DNA of 64,000 bases, taken from Felis catus. Lineage: Eukaryota. Numbering within the stretch: the first letter of the stretch is position 1; each line of letters begins with the position of its first letter. Below, in pieces: positions 1-12,938 of the stretch. The stretch is from the NCBI RefSeq assembly GCF_018350175.1, contig NC_058368.1, positions 198,526,001 through 198,590,000 on the forward strand, written 5' to 3'. A model generated the notes under the pieces. The model searched no databases. It was given only the letters and a program-made list of their open reading frames with translations, and was not told the DNA's origin. A program made the position numbers and the translations under genes.

Positions 1-386
1 TTTAACCTGAGGGAAATTCCAAGGAAATTGGAATTTCTACAGCTTGCTCACAAATGGTTGCTGGGGGGTTGTGAGATATTTCTGCCACAACATGGTGTAA
101 CTGAGAGGTCAGATAAGGATGTCGCATTAAAGAAAATGCAGGATTGGACGTAGTAGGGTGGAGAGTAGCATGAAGACCAGCAGTGAGGTGCAGAGATAGA
201 AGCCAGGATCCTAATTAGCTTTGTAACCCCGGGAAGATCATTGTAAACTCATAAACCTCATTTTCAACGGGAAAAGAGAACGAGGGACTGCACTAAACTT
301 ATAAGGTCTCCTTCAAATTAAAAAAAAAAAATATATGAAGGAGAAAAGAAAAAGAAAAACAGAAAAGACTTAGGGAGTATGCTGAT

Positions 387-428
<42 letters not shown>

Positions 429-433
429 CACAC

Positions 434-517
<84 letters not shown>
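387..517. repeat. Compound dinucleotide microsatellite (TA)n(TG)n(TA/CA)n(TA)n
   Basis: Directly visible alternating purine-pyrimidine run; explains the spurious YIYI/CVCV ORFs. Confidence 0.97.
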
Positions 518-519
<2 letters not shown>

Positions 520-739
520 CCTGCCAGAGTGCTCTCCAAAACGTGATCATTTTCCTCCTTGTGCACCACTTCTGAACCCGGCAACTCCCTTCCTATCCAT
601 TTCACAGTACCATCCAGGATTACCTTATCTTCAGCAGTGCCTCAAAAGCACATTTTTTATCTGAGGGCCATCAGATAGGAGGAGTTAATTAATAGGTATT
701 CATCCTCATGATGTTGTAGGAGAGATTCCCATGTTTCTA

Positions 740-1260
740 CATTATTCCCCCACACTCTTGGAAGACCTGCTTTGTATGTCCTCTTCTCTGAATGTCTGAT
801 CCAATGGCACCCATAGCTGGGCAACTACTATGTGGCCTCATCCACAGTCCAGGTGACTGGACCCAGGGTGGACCCCTGACAAGAGCTGAGCCAAGCATGT
901 TCTTTAGGGGATATGGAATCAAGATTCTGAGACAAGCCCTTATAAACCCTTGGACTGAAGTGTGCATAGGGTTGAAGTGGTCATTTCCTTCCATGAGAGG
1001 GCCAAGGCAGAGAGGGTCAGTCTGTATTTCTGCCTCACTTTCTTTCCTCTGTAAGGAATAGCAGAAACAAGGATGCACACAGCCTCAGAGAGAATATTTT
1101 CCTTGCTGTTAGGAATTCCCTAGAAACCAAAAAATTGCTAAGAACCAATTCCCAAGCTGCTTGGTAGTCTTGTGCTCTGGGAAACAATATTTGTGTCATT
1201 TGGATACAATTATCTCTATTTCTAGAGCTAGTCTGAATAGGTTTCTGTTAGCCTTTAAAA
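740..1260 (+). mobile_element. Old MaLR LTR (MLT1J/K/L-like), degenerate
   Basis: Motif gtgactggacccagggtggacccctgacaagagctgagccaa resembles old MLT1 LTRs; boundaries approximate. Confidence 0.5.
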
Positions 1261-2659
1261 AGAAAAAACCTACTGGCAAAAGATCTTTGGTTATTTATAG
1301 TGGGGCTCAAGACCCCAATGAGTCCATGACTTGAAGCACTAACTCTAAGAAAGAGTATTTCAGACACAATACAGGCTATTAGAGACATATTTTGGGACAG
1401 AAGGATCTTCCTGGGGTCCATCAAATTCACAAGCAACTTCCTGGGCCATCTTCCTGGCCTTGGGAATTCTAGAGGGACATGCTTGGCTAAGCTGTGTCAT
1501 TTGTAAAACAGAGAGTAAGCAAGATCTTAGATCTCATAGATGGAAAAAAAATAAATAAAACTCAAGATGGTATTTCTATAGCCTAGACTCAGAAAATTCT
1601 CTTTGAAGGGACTCTTGGAGGAAGAAGGAACTACTGTTCTCTGTTCCCATGTTCATGGCCCATCTATTCAAACCCCATGAGAGGAAGTGTTGCATGACAG
1701 TCAGAACACAAGCTGCCGAGCGGGTTGTCTAAGTGCAAATCCTGACTCCACTCCTAACCGGAAGAAGTTCCTTAGTATCCACCCCACTGGATTCTTAGAA
1801 CACCAAAACGGTTCATATGCAGAGTATCTTGTAGGTACCAGACACAGTTCTGTGTCTTCTACATAAAAATAAAAGCATGTATGCATGTAAAGCATTAGCT
1901 TATTGGTCACGGGGGGAACTGGAGAGACCACTAAGAAACTGGATGTGTGGGTTGTATACATGTGTGGAACCCATGCTTAGTACTTTACGTGTAATGTCCA
2001 GTGGCGATTAATGAAAATTTGTATTAGAAACTTACCACCTACAACAATTTGTCAGTAATAATCAAAGGACAGAACACAACCCAATGGTTTATTTACCTCT
2101 ATACGTGTCAGACAAGAGCCCTCACAGTGGACTGACTATTCTGATGATGTCTTTTTCTAAGTCCCACAGCAAAATGCACCATCTCATGGCAAATTCATGG
2201 GCTTCATAGATGGAAGGATGCCAAGCCAGCAGATGGTCTCCTCAAGTACAGTGTTGTATCAGCACACTAGCTCAGAGTAAACACTCCAGTGTTCATTTCT
2301 TCTACAAAACATTAACTTTACTGTGTCACCAAGCAGCATTGCAACAATCTAGCCATCTCTTAAGCACCTCCTTGCGATAACATCTTGGTAGTTATGGCAT
2401 GTGCTTTTATGAAATGTGTTACATTCACTTCTCACAACACTGTGCATTACTTCTCCCAACCCCTGAAGAGTGCAGACTTTTATACTCCTACCGCCTTCAA
2501 GAAGACTGTACGCGCAAAACCCATCTTTACACACTCACCACCTGCATCTCCTTCTCCTCCCTACCCTTCCTGCAAACACACACATCCCACTGACCTTTAC
2601 CCACTGAAATGTTTCCCCAGATTTCAAAGCCCCTTTCCTTATTCAGGTCACTGCATTAG

Positions 2660-3100
2660 GTGTGTCAGCCGGGTTCCCAGCAGGAAATGTGTCATCTGCA
2701 AGCTGAGTGATTTAAGGAGAGTCCAAAAAATGGACTACGATAGAGGTGGGCAGAATTGAGGAGAAGCACAGAGATAATGTGATGCCCTTGGGGCTAGCAA
2801 AAGCAGGAAGCTCTTATAAGCTTTAGGCCTGAAGAAGCCAAAGAGAGGAGATAGCTACTAAAACTGAGGGTGAGGGCTGTAGAGAGGCCCAGCTGACAGG
2901 AGCGTGGGCCCTTACTAGAAACAGGCAGACTACTGCGACCTGAGAGAGGAGGAGCTGGGAGAAAAACTACTCTAACCTCATCCCCCTCCAACCTCAGTGC
3001 CTCTGATTGGCCAAGCCTCTCAGGAAGCCGGAGACAAGGCGCTCATTGATGCTATCCATGTGGTCAGTCTCCCTGAGTACAGAACAGGGAGAGGGGCTCT
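2660..3100 (-). mobile_element. LTR33-like ERVL solo LTR
   Basis: gtcagccgggttcccagcaggaaatg...ggggctagc...taggcctgaag matches the reverse complement of the LTR33 3' half (recalled); homologous to copies near 18500, 28010 and 41485. Confidence 0.7.
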
Positions 3101-4043
3101 GGAGGGCAATGAAAGAGACCCAGCAAGTATTCATGGTGATAAGGTTTTGCCCACTACCACGATGCTCAGAAGTAATAAGTCAACAACAGACTCAGTTGTG
3201 ACATGTGTATTCCCAGGCAGCTGACCCTGAGGTAGGCATTAGCATGCAGGAGATATATTCAGGGTCAACACCTATGGTTCAAGACCTCTGGGCATCAATA
3301 CCTGTGGGAGAGAAGAGCCTGAAATCTATCTTGCTGTTTCTTTGTCACAGTGGCCCAAGGTCTCTACCAGAGAAGATTTGGCTTTGATTCCCAATAATGG
3401 AGTATACTGACCTTGGCCCTTTCTGGGCTTCCATGTGTTACAAGTTTAGGAATGCCCATATTCTCCATACTTGCCAGTAAAAATGCAGTACAGTATGTAG
3501 AGCATGTGTGATATCAACCCCTAGAAGGCAAAAATTGATTCTTGACGGGAAATGTGGGGGAAGGTGGAAAAATCTTAGATATTACTATGGTCTGTGGCCC
3601 TTCAAAGGACACACAAACAGATGTACAGTGTATCTGAGAGAGTAAAACTCCATGAAGTGCGGAATGGGAGGAACAGAAGTAGGGACTGGGAGGAACAGAA
3701 TTGAAAAAAGGCGCACAGCGTCACTAGACAGGTAAAGCATAACTCCACAGCCCCTCACAGCGACCCAGCAGGCACAGGCAACATCTCCAAGCCCAGTCTC
3801 CAACATCATCTGCAGGATTTCCTGGGTGCCTAAGTAATAAAGCTTTCCACTGTTTTACTCCCTCTGATGGGCGCATATGTGGCCAAGCCAAAACATACAA
3901 CTCTGTAGCCAATGTGAAGGAACTAAAACTGGCCAAACCTGTCGCATGATCCCATGAATTTATAAACTCTTGCTTTGTGACGCAAGACATATCAGACTCA
4001 TCTGATGCCTTCTGTGACCCAAACCTGGAATAAGCCATTACCA

Positions 4044-4235
4044 GTGTGCCTGGCTGACTCAGTGGGTTAAGCATCTGACTTTGGCTCAGGTCATGATCTC
4101 ATGGTTTATGAGTTTGAGCCCCATATCAGGCTCTCTGCTTTCAGTGAAGAGCCCACTTCAGATCCTCTGTCTCTCTCTCTCTGCCCCTCCCCCTCTCAAA
4201 AATAAATCAAGATTAAACAAAAATTTTTAATGTTG
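4044..4235 (+). mobile_element. CAN-SINE
   Basis: tRNA-derived head, (CT)n, A-rich tail; TSD-like aataagccattacc / aataacccattacc. Confidence 0.93.
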
Positions 4236-4265
4236 AAATAACCCATTACCCCAAAGAGCCCATCT

Positions 4266-4490
4266 TTTTTTTTTTAATTTTTTTTCATGCTTATTTATTT
4301 TTGAGACAGAGAGAGAGAAATAGAGCATGAGTGGGAGAGGGGCAGAGAGCTAGAGTCAGGCACAGAATCCAAAGCAGGCTCTTAGCTGTCAGCACAGAGC
4401 CCCATACAGGACTCAGACCAACAAACCACGACGAGATCATGACCTGAGCCAAAGTTGGACATCGAACCGACTAAGCCACCCAGGTGCCCC
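4266..4490 (-). mobile_element. CAN-SINE (SINEC_Fc-like)
   Basis: Reverse-complement SINE; 16-bp TSD caaagagcccatcttt at 4252-4267 and 4492-4507. Confidence 0.96.
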
Positions 4491-5163
4491 ACAAAGAGCC
4501 CATCTTTAATGGGGTAATAGTATTTAGAGACTTCAGGCTGGAGGCTAAGGGTGCTCATTGTGTCTCGGCCATTTCTACAGTCCATGCTGGAATATACATA
4601 AACCAATTTTAGAATGTTTTCATAATCCTCAAAACAAAACCCTGTGCCCATTAACAGTCACTCCCCATTCCTCCACTATCACTCTAGATAAGTTTTTATT
4701 TCAATTTTGCATTGTTTAGATTTGCTGAATGTGGCATGCATAAAACATAGCCTAGTTTACAATACATTTCACTTTGGGCAAGTTCTAGAGTGCCACAAAA
4801 GAGATCACAAGTACTCTCATTCCTGCCCAGGGGACATTTTCACTCTACACTCTGCCCCACCCTCCAGAAGAAGGTCCTTTTGTGGAATAAAAGACAGCAG
4901 GAGGTAAATCTCTTAGGGTTATCTTCCAAGCCCACCACCCCTAGCTTTCCAACCACACTCGTAGGCCCCCGGGGGCCATTGTATACATGAAACCATACCC
5001 CTGGCCGCAGTTAATTGAACCAGAGTTGGACATCCAACCCAGCTAGGCCAAAGCCCTTCCTTGATAATTTGGAGAATCTGAAGGGGGTACATTGTGAGAG
5101 AAAGAGGTAATGTCGAAGGGAAGGATATTTTGTCAGTTTTCCAGCACTCACATTGAGTCCATT

Positions 5164-5716
5164 TGTGGTGGACAGAATTCTAAATGGTCCCTAAGATTGC
5201 TGCCCCTGGCGTGTACCTATGTAACACCCTCCTTCTTAAGGTGGACCCATGACTATGAGGTATCTCTCCTATGATTTATTATGTTATATGATGAAAGGGA
5301 TTGTATAGATGTAATTAAGGCCCCTAAATCAGTTTATTTTTAGTTAAAAGGGACATTATCTCTGGTGGGCCCGGCTTAATTGGGCAAAAAAAGCCTTAAA
5401 AACAGCAGAGATGCACCTGCTGGCTCAAGGAAGAAAGCAAACATCACGCTGTGAACTGCCCATGGAGAGGACTATCCTCTAGGAGCTGCGACCTCAGTGC
5501 TACAGCTTTAAGGAACTGAATTCTGCCAATAAACAACAACAGGAGGATGGAGGAGGGTCCTATGCTTTAAGTGAGGGCCCCGCTGACTCACTGATTGTAG
5601 CCCATGAGCTCCAACTCATCTGCACCCAGATTCCTGAGCCACAGGAATGTAAACTTGTGTTGTTTAAGCCATCAAGTTTGTGGCAGTTTGTTACACAGTA
5701 GCAGATACGAAATACA
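5164..5716 (+). mobile_element. MaLR solo LTR (MLT1D/E-like), nested in an older MLT1 LTR
   Basis: TGTGG...AATACA termini with perfect 5-bp TSD ccatt (5159-5163, 5717-5721); typical 3' end ttgtgttgtttaagcc...gtttgtggcagtttgttacac. Confidence 0.9.
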
Positions 5717-5871
5717 CCATTCTACTCGCCTAACTGCATTGTTCTGTTAAAAACAAGCAAACAAACAAAAAAACCCAGCCTGGCACACTTTTACAAATTA
5801 CTCACTTTTTACTTGAGATAGTTAACAATGGTTTATTTTCTTTCAACCAGAGAGTCGTTATATAGGTCTAG

Positions 5872-6411
5872 TTCCTAATTTAGGGTTCTCCAGAGAAACA
5901 GAACCAATAGCAGATTATCTATGAAATATGTATAATATCTATATAACACATATACACACATTTGTATGAATATATATATGTGTGTATGTATGAAACGAGA
6001 TTTATTGTGAGGAATTGGCTGACATGATTATGAAGTCCCCCCATCTACTGTCTGTAAAATGGAGGCCCAGAAAAGCTAGTGATATAATTCAGTCCAAGTC
6101 CAAAGGCCTGAGACTCAGGGAAGCTGTTGGTATCAATCCCAAAGGGCAGAAGAAGCGATAAGATGTCCCAACTCACAATGAGTCAGGAAAAAAAGGGAGT
6201 GAATTCCTTCTTCCTCTGCCTTTTGTTCTGTTCTTGTCTTCCATGGATTGGGTGATGTCCACCCACAATGAGGTGGGTGATCGACCTTACTGAGTCTACC
6301 AATTCAAATGCTAATCTCATTCAGAATCACTCTCACAGACACGTCCAGAAATAATGTTTAATCTGGGCACCCCAGAGCCAGCCAAGTTGACACATAAAAT
6401 TAACAATCACA
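5872..6411 (-). mobile_element. MLT2 (ERV-L) 3' LTR
   Basis: Minus strand starts tgtgattgttaattttatgtgtcaacttg and ends ctgtttctctggagaacccta; preceded by polypurine tract aaagggtga; internal TA/CA repeat typical of MLT2. Confidence 0.92.
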
Positions 6412-8865
6412 AATTCACCCTTTGTCAATTTGGCTTTCATATGCATCTCCTTAAACCATACTTAATCTCCAAATGAAGACAATAATAATTCCACAATTCC
6501 ATTAATTCCATAAATCCATAATTAACATGATACAACTATCCTATATATAACCACAAAGGCACTAACCCCTTTCCCAGAAGAGCAGGTAAAGTCCTTGAGT
6601 GATGTTTATTCTTCTCCTTGATCTCCTATAACTTAATTAGTCTGATGTAAAATCAACGATACTTGGATACTGAATATTTGATACGTAAAATCAAGATATC
6701 TTTTGTTATATCAAAAGGGGATGAGAAAAAAAAAGATACACACACATGTACATATGTACATTCATATACACACACAAATGTATCTATAGTAAAATGAGGA
6801 GGAAATAATTCATGACAATTACAGGCCTTATTTCTGTAACTGGTATACATAACTATCTTCTTCCACTACCCATTCTGTATTCCTTTTGCCTTCGACAAGC
6901 ACTTCAGCTGATTGATGTTCTTTACCTGGGAGGGTAACCCAATCTTTACTAAAAGGTCTGGACCATCAGTAGTTTTGCCTGGATTGGATTTTGTTTTCCA
7001 CTGATCTCAATCACAGGGCTTGGTAACATTAAGAGTTTCCATAAGGGATCTTCTGTATTCCAGACATGCTCTCCTACCTCCATTATGGAGCAGGATTCCA
7101 GTCAGAATCAGTCACCCCAGTCAGTTACTGCCTTCTTTACTCATTGACTCAGAGGCATGAGGGGCCCAAAGTGGCCAGGTGGCAGTCTTAACTTCCAGGT
7201 CAGTGGAATCATTGTGTGTGGCCTGGTGAGAGCCTCTGGATTCTTCCTTCTGGAACTATGACCTCTAGGCCAGCACACAATAAAGTTGTGGGAAAGGAAG
7301 CAAAATTGTGCTAGTGAGGCAGTAGTGGTAATAGCGAGTTGTGCCACTCCCAGTACCCCCCCCCCAACCCTGGACTTGTGAATCTTGGCTGTTGGTGAAA
7401 CAACACCATATATTGGATGCTGATTCAGAGCATAGCTTTATGAAAAACCTTTCCTCAGCCCTCAAGTTATCGTTACCTAGCCGGCACTGTAATGGGGTCT
7501 TCAAAAGGCCATTCCCCCATTCTGTTATGCCACATGCTTCAGTATGGTGGAAAACATGGTAAAACCAGTGAATTCCCTGAGAATGGGCCCATTGCTGTGC
7601 TTCTTTTGCTGTGAAGTGAGTTCTCTGATGAGAAGTAATGCTGTGTGGAGTACCATAACGGTGGGTAAGGCATTCTATTAATCCATGGATGGTAGTTTGG
7701 CAAAAATATTGTATGCAGGGAAGACAAATCTGTCTTCAGAGTAAGCATGTATTCCAGTGAGAACAAAATGCTGCCATTTCGGAAGCGGTCTAATATAATC
7801 AACTTGTCTGTGGAACATGGTGCCACATCAGGGTTTTGGTGTTGAGCTCTGCTGCTGGCAGATTGAACATTCAGTGGTAGCCAGAGCCAGGTCAGCCTTG
7901 GTGAGTGGAAGTCCATGTTGCTGAGCCCATGCATAACATCCATATCCACCACTACGGCCCCTTTGCCATAAGCCCCTTGGGTAAAGGAAGCCCATTGGGT
8001 GGGAAAGAGTCTGACTGGTATCCACATGATGGGTCATCCCATCCACCTGATTACTAAAATCCTCTTCTGCAGAGGTCACTCTCTGTGAGCATTCACATGG
8101 GACACAAATGTTTTCATACTTTTTGCCCATTCATAAATGTCTTTCACATAACTCTACCCAAGATTTCTTTGCCACTAATTTTCCAGTCACGTTTCCATCC
8201 AACCAAGCCATTAGCCCCAGCCCATGAATCAGTCTAGAATTACATAGCTGGCTATTTTTCCTTCTAGGCAAAGAGAAAAACTAGGCATATTGCCTGAGGT
8301 TCTTCCCATTGGGAGGATCTCCCTTTACTACTATCCTTCAGGGATGTGCCAGGGAGGAGCTGTAGTGCTTTCTCTGTTCACTTCTGGGTGGTGTCTGTGT
8401 ATCATGCAGAACCATCTGTAAACCATTATTCTCTTCCTCTGTCAACTATCAAAGGGAACTTCCCCATGAGAGAAGGAAATACAGCAGGAGTGGGGACAAT
8501 GGGCATTTGGGCCACTTCTTCATGTGCCTTCTGGACCTTCTCAGACCTGATTATGTACATACCCATTTCCATTTGTCAATGGAGTATTGCTGTGCATGCC
8601 CAACTTTATGATGTGGTGGGTCAGATAACACCCGGTTCATGATGGGCAGCTCAGGTCACATGGTAACTTAGTGGCCCATGGTTACACTACTAAGGCCCAG
8701 TAGTAGGCCAAGAGTTGTTTCTCCAAAGGAGAGTAGTTACCTGCAGATGATGGCCAGGCTTTGCTCCAAAAATCCTAGAGGTCTGTGCTATGATTCACCT
8801 ATAGAAGCTTGCCAAAGGCTCCAAAGAATATCTTTATCTAAAACTGATACTCCAAGCATCATATG
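6412..8865 (-). mobile_element. ERV-L internal region: decayed pol (RT connection/RNase H, integrase) and dUTPase; 5'-truncated
   Basis: Minus-strand peptides VTSAEEDFSNQVD and WAQQHGLPLTKADLALATTECSICQQQ (integrase zinc finger) and TMIPLTWKLRLPPGHFG (ERV-L dUTPase); many stops and frameshifts; abuts the MLT2 LTR. Confidence 0.92.
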
Positions 8866-9624
8866 GTTAAGTTTAAGCTAATCCACTGTCATTTTCCAAG
8901 ATTCCACTGTCTTCTGCACAGGCCAAACAGGAGAGGTGGATGGGGATGTGGTGGGAATTGCTACTCCTACATCTTTCAAATTCTTGATGGTGACACTAAT
9001 CTCTGCAGTTCCTCCAGGAATGCAGTATTTCTTTCCCTTTACGTATTTCTGCCAATACTACATTTAATTTACCTCCAGTCTCCTTTGCATGATGAATGAT
9101 ATAAATCTGAATAGAATGGGTAAAAAGAATCATGGAAAAATTCTAAGAGGGAGACGTGGGGCCAGGAGCAGAAGGAAGAACAGACTATTTATGATTGAAG
9201 CAATTAAACATAAAGTCAAAGATAATTTTCCATAAGATTATTATCTCAGAGTAGCATATTTGAACAGAAGTATGCTTTCTTCTAATGAGGTTACAAAAAG
9301 GAAAAATAAGGTTTTTTTTCAAAATAGTCTTCATCATGTCTTTTGGCACCAAATGGATAAAGTAGTGAACGTGTTCCTCTGTTTGTTGACCTCCAACCTT
9401 CAAATTTTATCCGGGTTTACACTGACAGTATCTTGTGGAGAAAATTCCCAGCCCCTCATCTTCTTAACCATAGCAGTGGGCCCCAGAGGCCATTTTGTAA
9501 AAGATGAACCCACCCTTCTAGGCCCAGCTTCTTCCTTGGTGATTTGGGGGGCAGATACACACACTCTCCCACAGGTAAGTTCTCTACAGAGATGCTCACA
9601 ACAGGGAAACTGATTTCTTGGTGA

Positions 9625-10096
9625 CCACTGCAGCCATAGAAGTGTAGTACTCACTTCTCTGTTCAAGAAAGGCATGGAGTCAAGAAGTGCGTGAGTAGAG
9701 TCAGCTGATAGCCTCCAAGCTGTTGACAACTGCAGAATCTGCCTCTGCTTTCCAGCCCAGGCCACCCTTATCTCAGACAACCCCTACTTAAGGACTAAGC
9801 ACTACAGGGTACTAATGTCTGGACATTTCTGCCAATACAGAGCACCTCTAACAGATAATCTTCATGCTGGAGCTCTTACTGTGTCTACATCATAGTCTGA
9901 GGCTTCTCCTGCCTGATCCTGCTTCCTCTCCACTTTCCTGTAACAAGGGTCAGGTCTGCATCATGCTGTGAAGACCTCTTCTGTCCAATCTAGCTTCCTT
10001 TTCCTTTTCTCTTCCACAGGCATTACATCCCAACAAACTTGTGATGTTGCTAACTCCATCTCAAGGTCTCCATCACAGAGGACCCAATGAACTCAG
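9625..10096 (+). mobile_element. LTR16-like ERVL solo LTR
   Basis: gctgatagcctcca...catttctgcc...agtctgaggc...cagaggaccca motifs of LTR16 (recalled). Confidence 0.7.
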
Positions 10097-11018
10097 TGGC
10101 TATACTTGGCCATGGGATGGAAGAGAAGAGGAAACCAATCTGTTTATAGATAAAAAGAGAGGAGAGGAGAAATTTGGGTCCTGTTAGCTTCTCAGTACCT
10201 GTTTCCACTTCCTTCCAGAGATTTGACTGCTTTTTCATCCATGAGTTCCATGGGACACTATTAAATTTCTTATATTTTCTTGAGTTAGGTTTTTACTCTT
10301 TTGTCATGAGAGTACATAATTAATATGTTCTTGATAGGCTCTTCAAAAAAGAGGGGAGAGTTAGGGCCACCAAACCACCACCCTAGGGATACCCCTTATA
10401 TAGCTCTATCAGTATTCACCTCCAGCCCATCCACCATCCACACCATTACATCTGAAAGGGAAGGAAAATTACCAAGAAAATTTCTCCAAGACAAAGTGGA
10501 AGAAGGGACATGGGGAAGGAGATCATTAACACTAATTGAGATAATCATCTTATACTATGGAAGAAAGGGTCATTTTCAGCTAAGTTAATCAACAAAGAAA
10601 AAATATATACATAAAGATGTAACTATGAAGCAATTTTTAAAAAGCTATTTTAAGAAATGTGCAGCACTGGCTCTGCAGGCAGCAAAGGGGAGAAGATACA
10701 GAATATACCTCTATGTATGTTCAGTGACCTCTAATATGTTCAAATATATTTTAGCAGCATACATTAATTCAGTACTTACTATGTTCCGGGTCTGGAAAAA
10801 GTATTGGTTACATAAAGATGAAAGACTCATCTCTTAAAATCTCAGAAACATTCAGGAGCAAGTAATGAAAAAGCAGCTTGGAGACAAACACTCAGGGATG
10901 ACATTTCCTTCACTTAGGTTGTATTATCGTTAGTAAAGAAAGGCAGTAGCCAGGGACAAGAGAAGTTTTCCAAAGAGTCACTGAAGTGTGGGAGCAATAA
11001 TAAAACATACTATTTTTA

Positions 11019-11250
11019 GGGGCGCCTGGGTGGCTCAGTTGGTTAAGCGTCCGACTTCGGCTCAGTCATGATCTCACAGTTCGTGACTTCAGGCCCCATA
11101 TCGGGCTCTGTGCTGACAGCTCAGAGCCTGGAGCCTGCTTTGGATTCTGTGTCTCCCTGTCTCTCTGCCCCTCCCCCACTCATCCTCTGTGTCACTCTGT
11201 CTCTCAAAAAATGAATAAATGTCAACAAAATTTTTGTTAATTAAAAAAAA
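11019..11250 (+). mobile_element. CAN-SINE (SINEC_Fc-like)
   Basis: ggggcgcctgggtggctcagttggttaagcgtccgacttcggctcag head, CT tract, A tail. Confidence 0.96.
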
Positions 11251-11630
11251 CCGTACTCTTTAAAAAGAAGAATGGTTAATTCTTTGAAAATTAGGCACAT
11301 TTTGAAATGAGTGAGAGGAAAGACATACTAACATTCTAAATGTCATTACCAAGATCTATCAAGAGAAGACTAAAAAGATCCCACACTAATGTCAACAGGT
11401 AATTACCTTGAGCCATGTCTCCTCAGAATACCAATTCCAAGCCTGGTCTGCCTAAATTCCTCCTGAGAAGTTCATGTGGGCTATGCCACTGGTGAGAAGT
11501 CCCCAAAAGCTAGGCCCTCCATGGCCATTTCCATATAAGTTTTCTCTAGCCTCACAGACAGAGCCCACAGTCTAGCCACTATGGTCTACCTCCCTCCACT
11601 CTGTTTGAATTCCATCTCAACTTATTTTGA

Positions 11631-12020
11631 TTGGTGGGAGTCAACAACCAAGATAGCTCCCAAAGATCCTTGGTATTGCACCCTTGGTTGTGTTCTGCCA
11701 CATTAAATAAAGCTGACCTGTGTAACTGATGGGATATTGCAGAAATGACAGTGTGTGATTTCTGAGGCTGTTACAAAAGGTATTGAGGCTTTCACCTTAC
11801 TCTCTCTCTAATTACTCCCTGTGAGGGAATCCAGCCCCCATCATCCCACACTGGGAAAAACTGAGGATTCCCTCCAACAGTCAGAACCATGCGAGGGGAC
11901 CATTTTGTAAGTGGATCCTCCAGCCTCAGTAAAGTCTTCGGATGACTGAGGCCCTGGCAGCATCTTACCTGCAACCTCATGGGAGAACCCGAGACAGAGC
12001 CACCCACCTAAGCCACGGCA
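11631..12020 (+). mobile_element. MaLR LTR (MLT1F-like), 3'-truncated
   Basis: gcagaaatgacagtgtgtgatttctgaggct...gtggatcctccagcctcagt...gagacagagccaccca motifs. Confidence 0.75.
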
Positions 12021-12271
12021 GTCCCTTTCTTTCTGGGCAGTGTAACCGGGAAACATGACTCTCTTAAAGAGTGAATCTCACTTTGTCTGAAGATTGGTCT
12101 TGACTGAAGTAGTTAGTTTCTGCTCCTCCAGGTGGCTGGGGTGACTCCCACTTGGCTCTGGCTGTCATTCCTCTTTGGTCATTTAAGAGTCCCTCTGTGG
12201 AGTTGCTATTTACCTACTGTGGCACTCTAATCTTCTTGAGGCAAACATGAATAGAAAGATACTTGGTGTGA

Positions 12272-12462
12272 GGGGCGCCTGGGTGGCTCAGTCAGTCAAG
12301 CGTCTGACTTCGGCTCAGGTCATGATCTTACGGTTCATGGGCTTCAGCTCTGACAGCTCAGAGCCTGAAGCCTGCTTCAGATTCTGTGTCTCTCTCTCTG
12401 ACCCTCCCCCACTCACACTCTATCTCTGTGTCTCTCTCAAAAATAAACATTTTAAAAATTTT
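12272..12462 (+). mobile_element. CAN-SINE with small internal deletion
   Basis: TSD agaaagatacttggtgtga / agaaaaatacttggtgtga. Confidence 0.96.
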
Positions 12463-12938
12463 AGAAAAATACTTGGTGTGATCTCACAACTGATGGAATA
12501 GATTTTTCCAGGGTTATATGAAGAATGATTCCTAAGAATAGTTTTATTACAGTATACTTGGTTGGTGGACAGAAAGAAAGGAGGAGTAAGGATGACACAA
12601 AGGTCAACAATCCAGACTCCTGTAATTGTCAATTGCTATGAAACAAGTTGCTCAACACTTACTGGTCTAAAACCATAAATACTTATTATCCTAGTTTCTG
12701 TGGGTCAGAAATTCAGTAGTGGCTGAGCTGAGTGGCTCAGTTCTTCCCCATGTGGGATGACGGTGGCTGCAGAGTGAATAGGATCCCATTACTACTATTA
12801 AAATAAATCCACCACCTCTCCTCTCACATCCTCTGCATCATGGGAGGGACTTCTTTGTTCTGAGAGAGCTGGACAAAGCCTGCATGGTCTGCCCCTGACT
12901 GTCTCTCCGGGATCAGCTATTTAAAATGTAACAGGTTC

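Noticed and set aside
318..664. ORFs with [12 protein letters not shown] repeats
   Set aside because: Translations of a dinucleotide microsatellite.
11019..11100. tRNA-like heads with A and B boxes
   Set aside because: They are SINE 5' regions, not tRNA genes.
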